Notes: generated by a model from the sequence alone, not told the origin. Shown: positions 40,413-50,241, numbered from the stretch's first letter. The stretch: DNA of 63,912 nucleotides from Candidatus Babelota bacterium (GCA_014730005.1 WJIY01000043.1:1-63912); one strand, 5' to 3'. Translations and numbers: made by a program.

Positions 40413-42116
40413 ATGAATAGTAAAAGATTAGATAATCTTAGACATTCAGCTGCACATCTTTTAGCACAAGCGGTTTTGGAACTTTATCCGGGAACAAAGC
40501 TTGCTATAGGTCCTACAACACAAGTAGGCTTTTTTTATGACTTTTTACCAACACAAAATTTCAAAGAAGAAGATTTATCAAAAATAGAAAAAAAGATGCA
40601 TGAGCTCGCAGAAAAAGATTATAAAATTATTGGTAAACAGATTTCAAAAGATGAGGCTCGAAAATTGTTTAAAGACAATCAATTTAAATTAGAGCTTATT
40701 AATAGCATTGCAGATGATACTGTTGGAGTTTATTGCCAAGGAGATTTTTGTGATCTTTGTAGAGGTGGTCATGTTGAGTCAACAGGTAAAATAAAACATT
40801 TTAAGCTTACAAATTTGGCAGGTTCTTACTGGAGGGCTGATAAAGATAATCAAGCATTACAGAGAATTCATGGTGTTGCATTTGAAACAAAAGATGATTT
40901 AGATAAATATTTAAAACAAATTGAAGAAGCAAAAAAATATGATCATCGTAAGTTGGGAAAAGAACTTGGATTATTTTCTTTTCATTCAGAAGCACCAGGT
41001 ACAGCCTTTTTCCATCATAAAGGTTTAATTTTATTTAATAAGTTAATTGAATACATGCGCCATATGTTAAAAAAAGATTACCAAGAAGTGAGGACACCTT
41101 TGATTTTAAAAGAATCTTTATGGAAAACTTCTGGGCATTATGACAATTACGAAGATAAAATGTATTTTTCAAAAAAAGAAGACGATACATATTGTGTTCG
41201 TCCAATGAATTGTCCTGGTGGGATTTTAATTTTTAAAGAAAAACCACATTCTTATAAAGAATTGCCTATTAGAATGGCAGAATTTGGTTTGGATTATAGA
41301 TATGAACTTTCCGGTGTTTTGCATGGTTTATTTAGAGTTCGTGGTTTTACTATGGATGATGCTCATGTTTTTTGCATGCCGGAACAAGTTGAAGATGAAG
41401 TTTTCAAATTAATTGAGCTTGTTAAAAAAGTTTATAATAAATTTGGTTTTGAAAAATTAAATATGGCAATTTCTACAAGACCAGAAAAATATATAGGGGA
41501 TCCAAAACTTTGGGATGAAGCGACCGATGCATTAAAAGGTGCATTAGATAAAAAGGGTTTTGAATATAAAATTCAAGAAGGGGAAGGAGCATTTTACGGT
41601 CCAAAAATAGAGATTGTTATCGAAGACAATATGGGACGTGAATGGCAATGTGGAACAATTCAAATTGATTTCTTTTTGCCTAAAAATTTTGAATTAGAAT
41701 ATATAAAATCTGATCAAACCAGGGAAATTCCTGTTATGATTCATCGAGCAATTTATGGTTCAATTGAAAGATTTTTAGGAATCCTTGTTGAACATTACAA
41801 GGGGCGCTTTCCATTTTGGATTGCACCTGTTCAAGCTCGAATTTTAACAATTACAGATGAACAAAAAGGATATGCACAAAAAATATATGAAAAACTTTTT
41901 GATGCGGGAATTCGAATTGAATTAGATGAATCAGGAGATCAGATTTCTGCACAAATAAGAAATGCGCAACTTCAAGAAATTCCTTGGATGCTTGTTGTTG
42001 GTAAAAAAGAGCAGGAAAAAGAAACTGTTGCTTTAAGAACTCTAGATGGCAAACAAGAATTTGGTATTAAAGTTGATGAGTTAATTTCAAAAGCAAAAAA
42101 ATTAAATAAATTTTAA
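40413..42116 (+). CDS. thrS: Threonine--tRNA ligase (short form without TGS domain)
   Basis: LRHSAAHLLAQAV, DLCRGGH, PMNCPG, GEGAFYGPK, IHRAIYGSIERF. Confidence 0.97.
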   Translation: MNSKRLDNLRHSAAHLLAQAVLELYPGTKLAIGPTTQVGFFYDFLPTQNFKEEDLSKIEKKMHELAEKDYKIIGKQISKDEARKLFKDNQFKLELINSIADDTVGVYCQGDFCDLCRGGHVESTGKIKHFKLTNLAGSYWRADKDNQALQRIHGVAFETKDDLDKYLKQIEEAKKYDHRKLGKELGLFSFHSEAPGTAFFHHKGLILFNKLIEYMRHMLKKDYQEVRTPLILKESLWKTSGHYDNYEDKMYFSKKEDDTYCVRPMNCPGGILIFKEKPHSYKELPIRMAEFGLDYRYELSGVLHGLFRVRGFTMDDAHVFCMPEQVEDEVFKLIELVKKVYNKFGFEKLNMAISTRPEKYIGDPKLWDEATDALKGALDKKGFEYKIQEGEGAFYGPKIEIVIEDNMGREWQCGTIQIDFFLPKNFELEYIKSDQTREIPVMIHRAIYGSIERFLGILVEHYKGRFPFWIAPVQARILTITDEQKGYAQKIYEKLFDAGIRIELDESGDQISAQIRNAQLQEIPWMLVVGKKEQEKETVALRTLDGKQEFGIKVDELISKAKKLNKF

Positions 42117-42125
42117 TTTAAAAAA

Positions 42126-42779
42126 TTATCTACTTTTTTCAACTCCAATTCTTTTGCAAAACTTTTTTATTGCACACTTGCTACACCAAGGCGAAGTAGG
42201 TGTGCAAATATTTTGTCCCCATTTTACTAAAAGTTCATTAAATTCGATCCAGTAATTTTGCGGCACAATTTTTTTTAGAGTAGTTTCTGTTTCTTCAGGA
42301 TTTTTTGTACCTACTAGTCCTAACCGATTTGATATCCTATGGACATGAATATCAACACAGATGCTTGGTACCCTATAAGCCACCCCCAAGACAAGGTTGG
42401 CAGTTTTTTGTCCAACTCCGGGCAATTTTAATAGAGATTCTCGATTTGCGGGAACTTTTCCATTGTATCTATTTAAGATTCCGTGTGAAACTTGATGTAA
42501 AACTTCAGCCTTATTTTTGTGAAATCCTATTTTGAAAATAATTTTTTCTAATTCATCTTGAGATAGGCTTAAAATTTCTTGAGGTGTTTTTGCAATTTTC
42601 AATAGAGTGTGACAAACATTAATTGTGACAATATCTTTGGATCTTAGGCTTAAAAGACAACAAATTAGAATCAAAAAGGGATTTTTGCCATATTTTTTTA
42701 TTATTTGTTCGATTAGTGTTGGTGAAAAGTCCTTAGTTTCTTGTTTTAATATTTTTATAATTTTTTTTATTGAGCTCAT
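42126..42779 (-). CDS. nth: Endonuclease III
   Basis: HhH LPGVGQKTAN, VDIHVHR, 4Fe-4S CTPTSPWCSKCAIKKFC. Confidence 0.93.
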   Translation of the reverse strand: MSSIKKIIKILKQETKDFSPTLIEQIIKKYGKNPFLILICCLLSLRSKDIVTINVCHTLLKIAKTPQEILSLSQDELEKIIFKIGFHKNKAEVLHQVSHGILNRYNGKVPANRESLLKLPGVGQKTANLVLGVAYRVPSICVDIHVHRISNRLGLVGTKNPEETETTLKKIVPQNYWIEFNELLVKWGQNICTPTSPWCSKCAIKKFCKRIGVEKSR

Positions 42780-42963
42780 TTTTTTCTCTTTATATATTTT
42801 ATTTTAATCATATAATTTATTTAATTTAACATTTAGTAACATGGAAAAAAACATAATATTTATAGATTCAAAGCTTCAAACATTACCAAAACTCTATGGT
42901 TTTGTTTTTTATATGCTTATCGAATTTTATGTAAATATTTAATTAATTTTATGGGAGGTATCA

Positions 42964-43899
42964 GTGGATATTAAATTATTTAGAAATAAAATTAAGGATT
43001 TTTTAATTTTTTTAGAAGTTGAAAAAAATGTGTCAGATAATACTATCAGGGCATATCAATGTGACTTAAAACAAATTGTTGCTTTTTGGTTAAAGTTAAA
43101 TGAAAAAGAAAAAAATAAATTTACTTTTAGAACTATCATGAGAAGATATATTTTATCTTTATTTTATAAAAAGATGTCAAAAGCTTCTTTGGCTAGAAAG
43201 CTTTCGTGCTTACGATCTTTTTCGTTTTATTTAATTGACAATGGAATTAAATTAAATATTAATTTTAAAGCTCCCAAATTGGATAGAAAATTACCTATTA
43301 CATTATCTGTTGATGAAATTTTTTATTTACTTGATTCTATAAAAAATGAAGATTTGCCAACAAAATATCCCTATAGAGATAAAGGATTACTTGAGTTAAT
43401 TTATGCAACAGGAATTAGGTGTTCTGAATTGGTTAAAATAAAGTTGTTAGATATTGATTTTGAAGATAAAGCAATTAGGATTTTGGGGAAAGGAAAGAAA
43501 GAAAGAGTTGTTCTTTTTGGCAATAAAGCAAAAATAATTTTACAAGAATATATTAACATTGAAAGACCTTTATTATTAAAAAAAGATGTAAATGATTATT
43601 TATTTTTGAATTATAGAGGCGAAAGATTAACTGCGCGGTCTGTACAGCGAATATTTGAAATGTTTAGAAAATTTTTAAATATCGATCGTAAACTTACACC
43701 ACATAAAATACGACATTCTTTTGCAACTCATCTTTTAAATCAAGGAGTTGATTTGCGAATAATTCAGGAATTATTGGGACATAAAACTATTGCAACAACT
43801 GAGATTTATACTCATGTCTCATCTCAGCAGCTTGCTGAAATGTGTGATGAAAAACATCCTTTAAATGGACAGGATGATCTTGTTTTGGGTGGAAAGTAA
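42964..43899 (+). CDS. xerC: Tyrosine recombinase XerC/XerD
   Basis: LIYATGIRCSE, GKGKKER, HKIRHSFATHLL, LGH, TEIY; chromosomal context. XerC versus XerD not resolved. Confidence 0.8.
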   Translation: MDIKLFRNKIKDFLIFLEVEKNVSDNTIRAYQCDLKQIVAFWLKLNEKEKNKFTFRTIMRRYILSLFYKKMSKASLARKLSCLRSFSFYLIDNGIKLNINFKAPKLDRKLPITLSVDEIFYLLDSIKNEDLPTKYPYRDKGLLELIYATGIRCSELVKIKLLDIDFEDKAIRILGKGKKERVVLFGNKAKIILQEYINIERPLLLKKDVNDYLFLNYRGERLTARSVQRIFEMFRKFLNIDRKLTPHKIRHSFATHLLNQGVDLRIIQELLGHKTIATTEIYTHVSSQQLAEMCDEKHPLNGQDDLVLGGK

Positions 43900-43952
43900 A
43901 AAGGAATTTAATTATTAAAAATCATAGTTTAATTGTTAGAAGAAAAAAGATA

Positions 43953-45647
43953 TTGCAAATATTATATGCTTTTTTAGGTTTTATTTTTCTGATTATTTTA
44001 AGACTTGCTTATTTACAAATTAATCAATCAGAAATATTTTCGGACTTAGGGCAAAAAAATTTTTTAATAACAGAAGTTGTAGTTCCGCAGCGTGGAAATC
44101 TAGTGGATAGTCAGGGCGTTTTATTGGCATCAAATCGGCCCGTGTATGATTTATATTGGGAAGGTTCGGGAAATAGGTTATTATCCGTTGAACAACAAGA
44201 ATTAATTAAAAAATTAAAAGATATTTGTCAAATTAAACTTGATTCACATATAGAAAAAATTAAAAATGCAGAAAAATATGTTCGAAAAATTTTATTAAAA
44301 GAAGGTATTTCTTTTGATCAGCTATGTAAAATTTGTGAATTATGTGTTACGTGTTCAAATCTTATTATTTTAAGTAGATTTAAAAGAATTTATCCATATA
44401 AAAATTTGGCGGGACATGTTTTAGGTTATCTAAGCAAACATGAGCAAGATTATTCGTCAATAGGGCTTTATGGTTTAGAGCGTTTATTTCAAGATAGATT
44501 AAAAGGAGAAGTTGGATATATTTTAAATACAACTAATTCTAAGGGGCGAAAATTAAATCAAAAACAATTAAAAGATCCAAAATCGGGTGATGATATTAAA
44601 TTGACATTAGATTATAAATTACAAATTATTTCAGAAAATTTATTTGAAGAAGGACAATCAGGAGCATTTATTTTGATGAATCCTTTTGATGGCTCAATTA
44701 AATCATTAGTATCTTATCCTAATTTTGATCCTAATATGTTTTTAGAGCCTATTTCGCAAGGAGAATGGGAAGAAAAATTTTCTGTAGATAAACCTTTATT
44801 AAATAGAGTAACAAATGCCATGTATCCACCAGCTTCAATTTTTAAGTTGATAACGTTTGCGGCAGGTTTAGAAGAAAAAGTTATTGATAGCAATTCTAAA
44901 TTCAATTGTAAGGGTTTTACTAAATTTTGTGGAAGAAATTATCATTGTATCCGTCATTGGGGTCATGGAGAAATAGATGCGAGTGCAGCTTTGGCTTATT
45001 CATGTAACATTCCGTGTTACGAAATTGGTTTAAAAATAAAAATTAATCAGTTGGCAGACTATGCATATAGATTTGGTTTAGGACGCAAAACGGGTTTATT
45101 ATTACCAGAGAGTAGCGGTTTAATGCCAACATATGAGTGGAAAGTAGCACATAAAAATGAACCTTGGTGGAAGGGTGAGACATTATCGGCCTGCATAGGA
45201 CAAAGTTATATTCAAGTAACCCCGTTGCAAGTTGCAAGAATGATATCTGGAATTTGTTCTGGGTATCTTGTTAGACCCAGAATATTGCAAGATGAAATAG
45301 TGCAAACAGAAAAACTTGAAATCACAGAAGAAACGTTGGATTTTTTGCGTGGCGCAATGAAAGATGTGGTTGTAAGAGGTTCGGCTAAAATACTAAATAA
45401 ATTAAAAGATTTTGATATTTATGCAAAAACGGGAACAGCTCAAACAAGTAGCTTACAAGCAAAAAAAATTTCTAAGGAGCAATTGGAACATGCTTGGTTA
45501 GCATCTTTTTTTCAGTATAAGGATGAAGATCCTCTAATTATAGTTGTTTTAGTTGAAAATGTTGGTTCTGCTGAACCAGCAAAAAAGATAGCTGCACGAT
45601 TTTTTATAGAATATAAAAAATTAAAAGAAAAAGATTTTTATGTATAA
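43953..45647 (+). CDS. mrdA: Penicillin-binding protein 2 (class B); start uncertain
   Basis: RLAYLQI, RGNL, YPPASIFK (SxxK), SCN, KTGTAQ. Confidence 0.88.
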   Translation: MQILYAFLGFIFLIILRLAYLQINQSEIFSDLGQKNFLITEVVVPQRGNLVDSQGVLLASNRPVYDLYWEGSGNRLLSVEQQELIKKLKDICQIKLDSHIEKIKNAEKYVRKILLKEGISFDQLCKICELCVTCSNLIILSRFKRIYPYKNLAGHVLGYLSKHEQDYSSIGLYGLERLFQDRLKGEVGYILNTTNSKGRKLNQKQLKDPKSGDDIKLTLDYKLQIISENLFEEGQSGAFILMNPFDGSIKSLVSYPNFDPNMFLEPISQGEWEEKFSVDKPLLNRVTNAMYPPASIFKLITFAAGLEEKVIDSNSKFNCKGFTKFCGRNYHCIRHWGHGEIDASAALAYSCNIPCYEIGLKIKINQLADYAYRFGLGRKTGLLLPESSGLMPTYEWKVAHKNEPWWKGETLSACIGQSYIQVTPLQVARMISGICSGYLVRPRILQDEIVQTEKLEITEETLDFLRGAMKDVVVRGSAKILNKLKDFDIYAKTGTAQTSSLQAKKISKEQLEHAWLASFFQYKDEDPLIIVVLVENVGSAEPAKKIAARFFIEYKKLKEKDFYV

Positions 45648-46176
45648 AAAAATTAAAGCCGCTTTTTTTGATAGAGATGGAACTTTAATTAAAGATGTTT
45701 CTTATTTATCTGATGTTAAACAGATTGAGGTATTGCCGGGGATTATTAAATTTTGTTTATTTTTACAAAGTTTAGGCTACAAATTATTTGTTATTACTAA
45801 TCAATCTGGAGTTGCAAGAGGTTATTTTGATGAGCAATTTGTTGAAAAAACACATCAATATTTATTTGATATTTTTAAAAAAAAAGGGATTGTTTTTGAG
45901 AAATTTTATTATTGTCCTCATCATCCAATAGATGCTGTTATTAAAAAATTTCTAATTAATTGTTCTTGTAGAAAACCGAAACCGGGATTGTTGTTAAAAG
46001 CAGCTGAAGAATTTAATATCGATTTAAAAAGCTCTTTGATGTTTGGTGATAGAAGTGTAGATATTGATACTGGAAATACAGTAGGCTGTAAAAGTTTTTA
46101 TATTAAAAATTTTATTATTAATAATTTTAATAAAATAGAATTTGAAAAAATGATTTGTAAAAAAGGAAGTTTATGA
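45640..46176 (+). CDS. gmhB: D-glycero-D-manno-heptose bisphosphate phosphatase (HAD IIIA)
   Basis: FFDRDGTL, TNQSG, CPHHP...CSCRKPKPG, GDRSVD. Confidence 0.85.
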   Translation: MYKKIKAAFFDRDGTLIKDVSYLSDVKQIEVLPGIIKFCLFLQSLGYKLFVITNQSGVARGYFDEQFVEKTHQYLFDIFKKKGIVFEKFYYCPHHPIDAVIKKFLINCSCRKPKPGLLLKAAEEFNIDLKSSLMFGDRSVDIDTGNTVGCKSFYIKNFIINNFNKIEFEKMICKKGSL

Positions 46177-47288
46177 ATAAAGATGTGCCTATTTCTAATT
46201 CATCTAAATTTAAAGGAAATGCCTTATTATTTTATGTCTTGGATATTGGAGATGAAATTGATTTAGAAAAAATTCATAAAAAAGGGTTGATTAATGTAAA
46301 AACGACACCGTTATCTCCATATTTCAAGAATTATCATAGGCCCTTATCGTTTTCGCTATCTGCAAATCAAAAAAATTATGATCAAGAACTTCAAGAAAAT
46401 GTTGAGGGTGGCCAGGCTACATGCTTGATGAGTAAAATTCATAATTTTGGTGTTATTTCTTTTTGCTATAAAGTATCTTTTTATGATTCTTTGGAGGGAC
46501 TTAAATTAAAACTTATTGAGATAAGTAATTTGTTGAGTCAAAAAAGTAAAAAAGATGCCAAGTTAGTATATGAAAAAATTTTACCTACGATTAAAAAGCC
46601 TCGTTTTTATAATTTGGATAATTTTTATTTTGCAGTTCAAGTTGATCCTTTGTCGGGTGAGGTAGATCCGCATAAGTTTAAAGAAAGTTTTGGACGAGAG
46701 ATTGCTTCATTATTGCGTCTTGAGACAGAAAGCTTATCTTCTTATCAACTTAAAGAAATTTTATCAGCGACAACAGGATATTCGGGTGAAGATTTCATGA
46801 TAATAGATACGGAAGCATCGTTTATTTATGATGATGAATATTATGAGGTTTTAGAATTTTTTGAATTTGCAAATATACAGTTATTAGAATTACGGTATTT
46901 TGATCGAATTTTAGATGAAAAATTAAATTATTTTTACATGCAAAAACATTACAAAATTCCTTTAAGTGCATATATTCCTTTTTTAGGTGAGAAATTTTTG
47001 CATGTTTTTATATTATCGCAGATTAAAGTTGATATTTCTGTTATTACGGAACGTTTGGAGTATAGTATAAAAATGGCAGGAGATACTTATTTTACAGAGG
47101 TTTACTCAATTTTGAGTGATCAATTGTCGTTAAAAGACTGGAGAGATTCAATAAATAAAAAACTTGAAATTATTAATGATATTTACACAGTATATCAAGA
47201 TCGATTAGATATTATTCGTGATGAAATTTTAACAACAGTGATAATTATTTTGATAATAATTGAAGCAGCAATAGCTTTTTGGAAGTAA
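46173..47288 (+). CDS. RMD1/DUF155-like protein with C-terminal TM helix
   Basis: DIGDEIDL, ANIQLLELRYFD, W..SI..KL and terminal EILTTVIIILIIIE pattern. Confidence 0.6.
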   Translation: MNKDVPISNSSKFKGNALLFYVLDIGDEIDLEKIHKKGLINVKTTPLSPYFKNYHRPLSFSLSANQKNYDQELQENVEGGQATCLMSKIHNFGVISFCYKVSFYDSLEGLKLKLIEISNLLSQKSKKDAKLVYEKILPTIKKPRFYNLDNFYFAVQVDPLSGEVDPHKFKESFGREIASLLRLETESLSSYQLKEILSATTGYSGEDFMIIDTEASFIYDDEYYEVLEFFEFANIQLLELRYFDRILDEKLNYFYMQKHYKIPLSAYIPFLGEKFLHVFILSQIKVDISVITERLEYSIKMAGDTYFTEVYSILSDQLSLKDWRDSINKKLEIINDIYTVYQDRLDIIRDEILTTVIIILIIIEAAIAFWK

Positions 47289-47302
47289 AAAAAGGCAATC
47301 AC

Positions 47303-48220
47303 ATGGAAAAAATTAAATTTGGAAAATATGTAGTTGAAATATCTAATAAAGATAAAATTTTATTTCCAAAAGCAAAATTAACAAAAGGTGATTTAATTGA
47401 TTATTACCGTGAAATTGGTGATCAAATGATTCTATATACGCAGGATCGTCCCATAAGTATGGTACGTTATCCAAATGGAATAAAAAAAAAAGGATTTTAT
47501 CAAAAGGATGCACAAGATTACTTTCCAAAGTGGATAAAAACAAAAAAAATAAAAAAACAAAAAGATGGGCATGTAGATTACGTTATTATAGATAATGTTG
47601 CAACGTTAGTTTATTTGGCTAATTTAGCAACAATAGCGCCTCATCTCTGGCTTAGCCGAATAGATAAATTGAATTATCCGGATCGAATGATTTTTGATTT
47701 AGATCCATCGGATGGTGAATTTAAAAATATACGTAAAGGTGCACTTTTAATAAAAAAGAAATTGGATGAATTAAAAATAAAATCATTTCCAATGATAACT
47801 GGTTCTCGAGGGATACATGTTGTTGTTCCTATAAAACGGGAAAAGAATTTTGATTGGGTTCGTTCATTTGCAACTGATTTTTCTGAATTGATGGCAGGAT
47901 TACATGCAGATATTTTTACAACTGCTAAACGTAAATCAAAAAGAAAAAAGCTTATATTTATTGATATGTTACGTAATGCATTTGGACAAACAAGTGTTGC
48001 ACCCTATGGTGTAAGACCTAAAGAAAATGCTCCCGTTGCGACTCCAATAAGTTGGGATGAAGTTTCAGATTCGTCTTTAAAACCGAATAAGTATACTATA
48101 AAAACAATTTTTAAACGGTTATCTAGTTTGAAAAAAGATCCATGGAAAGGAATAGATAAATCTGCTCAATCTTTAAAGAAAGCCCGAAAACAGCTCGATG
48201 ATTTAATCGGTGATATGTGA
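47303..48220 (+). CDS. Stand-alone LigD-type primase-polymerase domain protein
   Basis: SNKDKILFP, TKGDLIDYY, RYPNG, FYQK, FDLDP, TGSRGIH, IFIDMLRN, APYGVR; no ligase or PE domain; start taken at ATG 47303. Confidence 0.9.
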   Translation: MEKIKFGKYVVEISNKDKILFPKAKLTKGDLIDYYREIGDQMILYTQDRPISMVRYPNGIKKKGFYQKDAQDYFPKWIKTKKIKKQKDGHVDYVIIDNVATLVYLANLATIAPHLWLSRIDKLNYPDRMIFDLDPSDGEFKNIRKGALLIKKKLDELKIKSFPMITGSRGIHVVVPIKREKNFDWVRSFATDFSELMAGLHADIFTTAKRKSKRKKLIFIDMLRNAFGQTSVAPYGVRPKENAPVATPISWDEVSDSSLKPNKYTIKTIFKRLSSLKKDPWKGIDKSAQSLKKARKQLDDLIGDM

Positions 48221-48913
48221 TAAATCTAGATCCATTCCATCATAACCAATAATGATATTGATATTATTTTCTTTTCCTAGTTGTTTTAATTTATTACGAG
48301 CTTTTTTTGCTCCATAATTATAAAACCAAGAACCAAAATGCATCAAAAGAATGCTTTTTGTGTATGGTTTAAATAAATTGATAAGATTTGGAATTCCGGT
48401 ATGCCCATATGGTTTGCTGTTTTTTGTTTTTATTATTCTACCACCTTTATTGATATAGCTGCCTTCTGTTATTACCAAAGAAAGTTTTGGAATTTTTTTT
48501 TGATATTGTTTTTTAATCCAAAACATATCTCCTGTATACAAAATTTTTTGTTTTCCTTTTTCAATTAGATATGCTTGAGATTTAACTTTTAAACTATGTT
48601 CTGTTGGAATGGGAGTTATTTTATAACCCAAAAAAGTTTTTGGTTTTTTTAAAATTTGTACGAAATTGTTTTCATATTTTTCTGGGGCATAAGTAGGTAT
48701 TTTTATTTCATAAAAATGTTTTTTATCTCTTGTGAAAAATGCATGATCGGGATGCAGATGTGTAATAAAAATTACTTGGGGCTTATATTTTAAAAATTCT
48801 TTTTCACCAATATCAATCATTATTTTATTGTCAATTAATATGCCAGAATATTTACTGTGATAAGGTGCACTAGGTTTAATTTCACCACGTGTACCCAAAA
48901 TCTTTATCTTCAT
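48203..48913 (-). CDS. Metallo-beta-lactamase fold hydrolase
   Basis: ILGTRG, THLHPDH, EHS, YTGD, GH, MH motifs. Confidence 0.85.
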   Translation of the reverse strand: MKIKILGTRGEIKPSAPYHSKYSGILIDNKIMIDIGEKEFLKYKPQVIFITHLHPDHAFFTRDKKHFYEIKIPTYAPEKYENNFVQILKKPKTFLGYKITPIPTEHSLKVKSQAYLIEKGKQKILYTGDMFWIKKQYQKKIPKLSLVITEGSYINKGGRIIKTKNSKPYGHTGIPNLINLFKPYTKSILLMHFGSWFYNYGAKKARNKLKQLGKENNINIIIGYDGMDLDLSHITD

Positions 48914-49195
48914 AAATATCTCTATTACTTAATATTTGTTTATATAAAAAGATATTTATATTTTTTGTGTCAAGATTCTTTATAAGTTATTTGGTATTGT
49001 TGTATAGCAAATTATTTTAAATTTTAAAATAAGCAATTACTATATTTTTTAAATATTCAAGATGTTTTTTTTCATTTAACTTCAAAAAAGTTTTGAGAAT
49101 TTTGAGATTGTGTTTTTAAGTTAAATATTAAAGTGAAAAATAAAAATAAAGTTATTCTTTGTTCATCTTTCTTAATCATTTTATATTAATTAGCT

Positions 49196-49651
49196 TTAAA
49201 AATTATCAGTTTTTGATTCGATGTATTGTGTTTGCCAATTTGAGTTTGAAAATTGTTTCCAATCAAAGTTTTTAATGATTGATGGATATACAATTTCATT
49301 TTTTAATTGTTCTTGATTGTACCAATTAATATCAAGGATTCCTTCTTTTTGAGCTTCAGGTGTTTTTTTTGTAAGTTTTCCTGTATTGATATTGCATAAA
49401 AACCATATTTTTAATACTCGATATTTTAAAGCAGATATTTCTTCAGCTAATAGAATTTTTATAGGATTAACTTTAAATCTTGTTTCTTCGTATACTTCTC
49501 GTATTAAAGCTTCTGCAAAATTTTCATTAGCTTTTATTCCTCCCCCAGGACCCACTAAAAAAGGTTTATTATTTTGATCTTTGTATTTTGCAAGTAATAT
49601 GCGATTATTTTTTATGATTATTCCTCCAGCAGATATTCTAAATTTGTTCAT
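49196..49651 (-). CDS. NUDIX hydrolase
   Basis: PGGGIKANENFAEALIREVYEETR Nudix box. Confidence 0.9.
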   Translation of the reverse strand: MNKFRISAGGIIIKNNRILLAKYKDQNNKPFLVGPGGGIKANENFAEALIREVYEETRFKVNPIKILLAEEISALKYRVLKIWFLCNINTGKLTKKTPEAQKEGILDINWYNQEQLKNEIVYPSIIKNFDWKQFSNSNWQTQYIESKTDNF

Positions 49652-49664
49652 AAGATTCTTTCGT

Positions 49665-49874
49665 AGTTTTTTGGCTTGCCAGCTGTAGCCTTGGCGAAAG
49701 CATTATAGTTTTAAAATACATGCCATAAAACATTTTGTTACAGGGTGTTTTTTGCATATCAGCCCAGCCGTCGCCGTTGGCTATGGCGGGCAGCTTTCGC
49801 TATAAATTTTCAAAATTACGTTACTAAAAAAATCCAAAGTTTTTTGGCTTGCCAGCTGTAGCCTTGGCGAAAGC
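49665..49874. repeat. Cluster of REP-like palindromic units (37-bp exact direct repeat plus an inverted variant)
   Basis: AGTTTTTTGGCTTGCCAGCTGTAGCCTTGGCGAAAGC at 49665-49701 and 49838-49874; variant CCAGCCGTCGCCGTTGGCTATGGCGGGCAGC at about 49763-49793. Confidence 0.8.
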
Positions 49875-49951
49875 TGGTGTGCCTAGCGGGAATCGAACCC
49901 ACGACCTTGAGATTAGGAATCTCACGCTCTATCCAACTGAGCTATAGGCAC
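49875..49951 (-). tRNA. tRNA-Arg(CCT)
   Basis: Reverse complement GTGCCTATAGCTCAGTTGGATAGAGCG-TGAGA-TTCCTAA-TCTCA-...GTTCGATTC...TAGGCACACCA. Confidence 0.96.
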
Positions 49952-50090
49952 TTATATTTTATAAAAAATATTATGTTATTTATTAGCTTGGTTTAATATT
50001 TTAGGAGTTTGCATACCAGATGAAATTTAAAACTTTATAGAAGGTCTTTCTTGACTTATTTAATAAAATTATTCTTTCTACCTTAATTAT

Positions 50091-50126
50091 TGGCGTCGCC
50101 AGGCGTAGCCCTTTATGGGCGAAGAC
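50091..50126. repeat. REP-like unit abutting the tRNA-Arg(TCG) 3' end
   Basis: Minus strand GTCTTCGCCCATAAAGGGCTACGCCTGGCGACGCCA has the same TTCGCC..GGCTAC..CTGG layout as the 49838 unit. Confidence 0.65.
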
Positions 50127-50203
50127 TGGTGCGCCTGGCAGGACTCGAACCTGCAACCTTCGGATTCGAAGTCCGCGACTCTATCCAATTGAGCTACAGG
50201 CGC
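50127..50203 (-). tRNA. tRNA-Arg(TCG)
   Basis: Reverse complement GCGCCTGTAGCTCAATTGGATAGAGTCG-CGGA-CTTCGAA-TCCG-...GTTCGAGTCC...CAGGCGCACCA. Confidence 0.95.
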
Positions 50204-50241
50204 AATTACAGTATGTTTTTAACAGAAAATGAAAAAAATAT

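Noticed and set aside
42964..43899. Tyrosine recombinase as a prophage or island integrase
   Set aside because: Xer-like length and motifs, housekeeping neighbours, no att repeats or phage genes
49702..49735. Possible GIY-YIG gene remnant (MFY..ILK-like after a frameshift) between REP-like units
   Set aside because: Too short and needs an indel; indistinguishable from chance
49665..49874. 37-bp exact direct repeat as a CRISPR array
   Set aside because: Only two copies, 136-bp spacer, no cas genes; better explained as REP-like units
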